A DNA stretch of 64,000 bases from Eledone cirrhosa (taxonomy: Eukaryota), in contig OZ024740.1 of NCBI GenBank assembly GCA_964016885.1, positions 429,970,001 through 430,034,000 of the forward strand, given 5' to 3'. Each line of letters opens with the position of its first letter. The stretch's first letter is position 1. The notes below the pieces were generated by a model. That model was not told the DNA's origin and did not search any database. It worked only from the letters and a program-made list of their open reading frames with translations. Shown here in pieces: positions 58,101-64,000 of the stretch. The position numbers and the translations under genes were made by a program.

Positions 58101-61100
58101 CCAAAGTTACCTTGGTGTAGGTGGTGCCAGATACACAATAACATGTGGAGGAGGTGAGACAGGAGTTTCTGACTGTAATGTCTACCACCAAAGTTACCTT
58201 GGTGTAGGTGGTGCCAAATACATAATAACATGTGGAGGAGGTGAGACAGGAGTTTCTGACTGTAATATCTACCACCAAAGTTACCTTGGTGTAGGTGGTG
58301 CCAGATACATAACATGTGGAGGAGGTGAGACAGGAGTTTCTGACAGTAATGTCTACCACCAAAGTTACCTTGGTGTAGGTGGTGCCAGATACACAATAAC
58401 ATGTGGAGGAGGTGAGACAGGAGTTTCTGACAGTAATGTCTACCACCAAAGTTACCTTGGTGTAGGTGGTGCCAGATACACAATAACATGTGGAGGAGGT
58501 GAGACAGGAGTTTCTGACAGTAATGTCTACCACCAAAGTTACCTTGGTGTAGGTGGTGCCAGATGTAGAATAACATGTGGAGGAGGGGAGACAGGAGTTT
58601 CTGACAGTAATGTCTACCACCAAAGTTACCTTGCTGTAGGTGGTGCCAGATGTACAACATGTGGAGGAGGTGAGACAGGAGTTTCTGACAGTAATGTCTA
58701 CCACCAAAGTTACCTTGGTGTAGGTGGTGCCAGATACACAATAACATGTGGAGGAGGTGAGACAGGAGTTTCTGACAGTAATGTCTACCACCAAAGTTAC
58801 CTTGGTGTAGGTGGTGCCAGATACACAATAACATGTGGAGGAGGTGAGACAGGAGTTTCTGACAGTAATGTCTACAACCAAAGTTACCTTGGTGTAGGTG
58901 GTGCCAGATACATAATAGCATGTGGTGGAGGTTAGACAGGAGTTTCTGACTGTAATGTCTACCACCAAAGTTACCTTGGTGTAGGTGGTGCCAGATACAT
59001 AATAACATGTGGAGGAGGTGAGACAGGAGTTTCTGACAGTAATGTCTACCACCAAAGTTACCATGGTGTAGGTGGTGCCAGATGTACAACAACATGTGGT
59101 GGAGGTGAGACAGGAGTTTCTGACTGTAATGTCTACCACCAAAGTTACCTTGGTGTAGATGGTGCCAGATACACAATAACATGTGGAGGAGGTGAGACAG
59201 GAGTTTCTGACAGTAATGTCTACCACCAAAGTTACCTTGGTGTAGGTGGTGCCAGATGTACAACAACATGTGGAGGAGGTGAGACAGGAGTTTCTGACAG
59301 TAATGTCTACCACCAAAGTTACCTTGGTGTAGGTGGTGCCAGATACACAATAACATGTGGAGGAGGTGAGACAGGAGTTTCTGACAGTAATATCTACCAC
59401 CAAAGTTACCTTGGTGTAGGTGGTGCTTGATGTACAACAACATGTGGAGGAGGTGAGACAGGAGTTTCTGACAGTAATGTCTACCACCAAAGTTACCTTG
59501 GTGTAGGTGGTGCCAGATACACAATAACATGTGGAGGAGGTGAGACAGGAGTTTCTGACAGTAATGTCTACCACCAAAGTTACCTTGGTGTAGGTGGTGC
59601 CAGATACACAATAACATGTGGAGGAGGTGAGACAGGAGTTTCTGACAGTAATGTCTACCACCAAAGTTACCTTGGTGTAGGTGGTGCCAGATACACAATA
59701 ACATGTGGAGGAGGTGAGACAGGAGTTTCTGACAGTAATGTCTACCACCAAAGTTACCTTGGTGTAGGTGGTGCCAGATGTACAATAACATGTGGAGGAG
59801 GTGAGACAGGAGTTTCTGACAGTAATGTCTACCACCAAAGTTACCTTGGTGTAGGTGGTGCCAGATACACAATAACATGTGGAGGAGGTGAGACAGGAGT
59901 TTCTGACAGTAATGTCTACCACCAAAGTTACCATGGTGTAGGTGGTGCCAGATGTACAACAACATATGGAGGAGGTGAGACAGGAGTTTCTGACAGTAAT
60001 GTCTACCACCAAAGTTACCTTGGTGTAGGTGGTGCCAGATACACAATAACATGTGGAGGAGGTGAGACAGGAGTTTCTGACAGTAATATCTACCACCAAA
60101 GTTACCTTGGTGTAGGTGGTGCCAGATGTACAACAACATGTGAAGGAGGTGAGACAGGAGTTTCTGACAGTAATGTCTACCACCAAAGTTACCTTGGTGT
60201 AGGTGGTGCCAGATACACAATAACATGTGGAGGAGGTGAGACAGGAGTTTCTGACAGTAATGACTACCACCAAAGTTACCTTGGTGTAGGTGGTGCCAGA
60301 TGTACAATAACATATGGAGGAGGTGAGACAGGTGTTTCTGACAGTAATGTCTACCACCAAAGTTACCTTGGTGTAGGTGGTGCCAGATACACAATAACAT
60401 GTGGAGGAGGTGGGGCAGGAGTTGCTGACAGTAATGTCTACCACCAAAGTTACCTTGGTGTAGGTGGTGCCAGATACATAAAAACAAGTGGAGGAGGTGA
60501 GACAGGAGTTTCTGACAGTAATGTCTACCACCAAAGTTACCTTGGTGTAGGTGGTGCCAGATGTACAATAATATGTGGAGGAGGTGAGACAGGAGTTTCT
60601 GACAGTAATGTCTACCACCAAAGTTACCTTGGTGTAGGTGGTGCCAGATACACAATAACATGTGGAGGAGGTGAGACAGGAGTTTCTGACAGTAATGTCT
60701 ACCTCCAAAGTTACCTTGATGTAGGTGGTGCCAGATGTACAATAACATATGGAGGAGGTGAGACAGGAGTCTCTGACAGTAATGTCTACCACCAAAGTTA
60801 CCTTGGTGTAGGTGGTGCCAGATACATAATAACATGTGGAGGAGGTGAGACAGGAGTTTCTGACAGTAATGTCTACCACCAAAGTTACCTTGGTGTAGGT
60901 GGTGCCAGATACACAATAACATATGGAGGAGGTGAGACAGGAGTTTCTGACAGTAATATCTACCACCAAAGTTACCTTGGTGTAGGTGGTGCCAGATGTA
61001 CAACAACATGTGGAGGAGGTGAGACAGGAGTTTCTGACAGTAATGTCTACCACCAAAGTTTCCTTGGTGTAGGTGGTGCCAGACACACAATAACATGTGG

Positions 61101-64000
61101 AGGAGGTGAGACAGGAGTTTCTGACTGTAATGTCTACCACCAAAGTTACCTTGGTGTAGGTGGTGCCAGATACACAATAACAAGTGGAGGAGGTGAGACA
61201 GGAGTTTCTGACAGTAATGTCTACCACCAAAGTTACCTTGGTGTAGGTGGTGCCAGATGTACAATAATATGTGGAGGAGGTGAGACAGGAGTTTCTGACA
61301 GTAATGTCTACCACCAAAGTTACCTTGGTGTAGGTGGTGCCAGATGTACAATAACATATGGAGGAGGTGAGACAGGAGTTTCTGACAGTAATGTCTACCA
61401 CCAAAGTTACCTTGGTGTAGGTGGTGCCAGATGTACAATAACATATGGAGGAGGTGAGACAGGAGTCTCTGACAGTAATGTCTAGCACCAAAGTTACCTT
61501 GGTGTAGGTGGTGCCAGATACATAATAACATGTGGAGGAGGTGAGACAGGAGTTTCTGACAGTAATGTCTACCACCAAAGTTACCTTGGTGTAGGTGGTG
61601 CCAGATACATAATAACATGTGGAGGAGGTGAGACAGGAGTTTCTGACAGTGATGTCTACCACCAAAGTTACCTTGGTGTAGGTGGTGCCAGATACATAAT
61701 AACATGTGGAGGAGGTGAGACAGGAGTTTCTGACTGTAATGTCTACCACCAAAGTTACCTTGGTGTAGGTGGTGCCAGATGTACAATACCATGTGGAGGA
61801 GGTGAGACAGGAGTTTCTGACAGTAATGTTTACCACCAAAGTTACCTTGATGTAGGTGGTGCCAGATACATAATAACATGTGGAGGAGGTGAGACAGGAG
61901 TTTCTGACTGTAATGCCTACCACCAAAGTTACCTTGGTGTAGGTGGTGCCAGATGTACAACAACATGTGGAGGAGGTGAGACAGGAGTTTCTCACAGTAA
62001 TGTCTACCACCAAAGTTACCTTGGTGTAGGTGGTGCCAGATACACAATAACATGTGGTGGAGGTGAGACAGGAGTTTCTGACAGTAATGTCTACCACCAA
62101 AGTTACTTTGGTGTAGGTGGTGCCAGATACACAATAACATGTGGAGGAGGTGAGACAGGAGTTTCTGACAGTAATGTCTACCACCAAAGTTACCTTGGTG
62201 TAGGTGGTGCCAGATGTAGAATAACATGTGGAGGAGGTGAGACAGGAGTTTCTGACAGTAATGTCTACCACCAAAGTTACCTTGGTGTAGGTGGTGCCAG
62301 ATACATAATAACATATGGAGGAGGTGAGACAGGAGTTTCTGACAGTAATGTCTACCACCAAAGTTACCTTGCTGTAGGTGGTGCCAGATGTACAACATGT
62401 GGAGGAGGTGAGACAGGAGTTTCTGACAGTAATGTCTTCCACCAAAGTTACCTTGGTGTAGGTGGTGCCAGATACACAATAACATGTGGAGGAGGTGAGA
62501 CAGGAGTTTCTGACAGTAATGTCTACCACCAAAGTTACCTTGGTGTAGGTGGTGCCAGATACACAATAACATGTGGAGGAGGTGAGACAGGAGTTTCTGA
62601 CAGTAATGTCTACAACCAAAGTTACCTTGGTGTAGGTGGTGCCAGATACATAATAACATGTGGTGGAGGTTAGACAGGAGTTTCTGACTGTAATGTCTAC
62701 CACCAAAGTTACCTTGGTGTAGGTGGTGCCAGATACATAATAACATGTGGAGGAGGTGAGACAGGAGTTTCTGACAGTAATGTCTACCACCAAAGTTACC
62801 TTGGTGTAGGTGGTGCCAGATGTACAACAACATGTGGTGGAGGTGAGACAGGAGTTTCTGACTGTAATGTCTACCACCAAAGTTACCTTGGTGTAGATGG
62901 TGCCAGATACACAATAACATGTGGAGGAGGTGAGACAGGAGTTTCTGACAGTAATGTCTACCACCAAAGTTACCTTGGTGTAGGTGGTGCCAGATGTACA
63001 ACAACATGTGGAGGAGGTGAGACAGGAGTTTCTGACAGTAATGTCTACCACCAAAGTTACCTTGGTGTAGGTGGTGCCAGATACACAATAACATGTGGAG
63101 GAGGTGAGACAGGAGTTTCTGACAGTAATATCTACCACCAAAGTTACCTTGGTGTAGGTGGTGCTTGATGTCCAACAACATGTGGAGGAGGTGAGACAGG
63201 AGTTTCTGACAGTAATGTCTACCACCAAAGTTACCTTGGTGTAGGTGGTGCCAGATACACAATAACATGTGGAGGAGGTGAGACAGGAGTTTCTGACAGT
63301 AATGTCTACCACCAAAGTTACCTTGGTGTAGGTGGTGCCAGATACACAATAACATGTGGAGGAGGTGAGACAGGAGTTTCTGACAGTAATGTCTACCACC
63401 AAAGTTACCTTGGTGTAGGTGGTGCCAGATGTACAATAACATGTGGAGGAGGTGAGACAGGAGTTTCTGACAGTAATGTCTACCACCAAAGTTACCATGG
63501 TGTAGGTGGTGTCAGATACACAATAACATGTGGAAGGGGTGAGACAGGAGTTTCTGACAGTAATGTCTACCACCAAAGTTACCTTGGTGTAGGTGGTGCC
63601 AGATACACAATAACATGTGGAGGAGGTGAGACAGGAGTTTCTGACAGTAATGTCTACCACCAAAGTTACCATGGTGTAGGTGGTGCCAGATGTACAACAA
63701 CATATGGAGGAGGTGAGACAGGAGTTTCTGACAGTAATGTCTACCACCAAAGTTACCTTGGTGTAGGTGGTGCCAGATACATAATAACATGTGGAGGAGG
63801 TGAGACAGGAGTTTCTGACAGTAATGTCTACCACCAAAGTTACCTTGGTGTAGGTGGTGCCAGATACACAATAACATGTGGAGGAGGTGAGACAGGAGTT
63901 TCTGACAATAATGTCTACCACCAAAGTTACCTTGGTGTAGGTGGTGCCAGATGTACAATAACATATTGAGGAGGTGAGACAGGAGTTTCTGACAGTAATG
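31109..64000. repeat. 87-bp tandem minisatellite/satellite, ~378 monomers, open at the right window edge
   Basis: Consensus GGTGTAGGTGGTGCCAGATACATAATAACATGTGGAGGAGGTGAGACAGGAGTTTCTGACAGTAATGTCTACCACCAAAGTTACCTT. The ORF track shows 29-aa periodicity. The first monomer is degenerate. Confidence 0.99.

Noticed and set aside
36226-63924. 3-bp indels as evidence of coding selection
   Set aside because: They fall in triplet micro-repeats (ACCACC, ATAATA, GGAGGA), where slippage naturally removes 3 bp.
31109-64000. Partial complementarity of CTGACAGTA to miR-8/miR-200 (sponge idea) and a hammerhead-like CTGA
   Set aside because: The consensus lacks the seed match CAGTATT, and CTGACAG does not fit CUGANGA.

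Overview
Non-coding, repeat-dominated eukaryotic DNA. The SINE types and dense TA/CA/CT microsatellites suggest a mollusc, probably an octopus; this is recognition from memory, not a database hit. The window has three parts. (1) 1-~25,890: AT-rich 49-bp satellite (~500 monomers). One 191-bp tRNA-derived SINE (14-bp TSD) and one 50-bp SINE 3' fragment inserted into it and were then co-amplified as ~3.3/6.7-kb higher-order repeats (7 and 3 copies). (2) ~25,900-31,100: 5.2-kb spacer with a 165-bp-arm near-perfect inverted repeat carrying a Penelope-type minimal hammerhead ribozyme motif on each strand, a second palindrome, a solo SINE with TSD, decayed SINEs and microsatellites. (3) ~31,109-64,000: 87-bp minisatellite/satellite (~378 monomers) with nested higher-order duplications. 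The giant ORFs in part 3 follow from a unit length divisible by 3 with three stop-free frames. No convincing protein-coding gene is seen.
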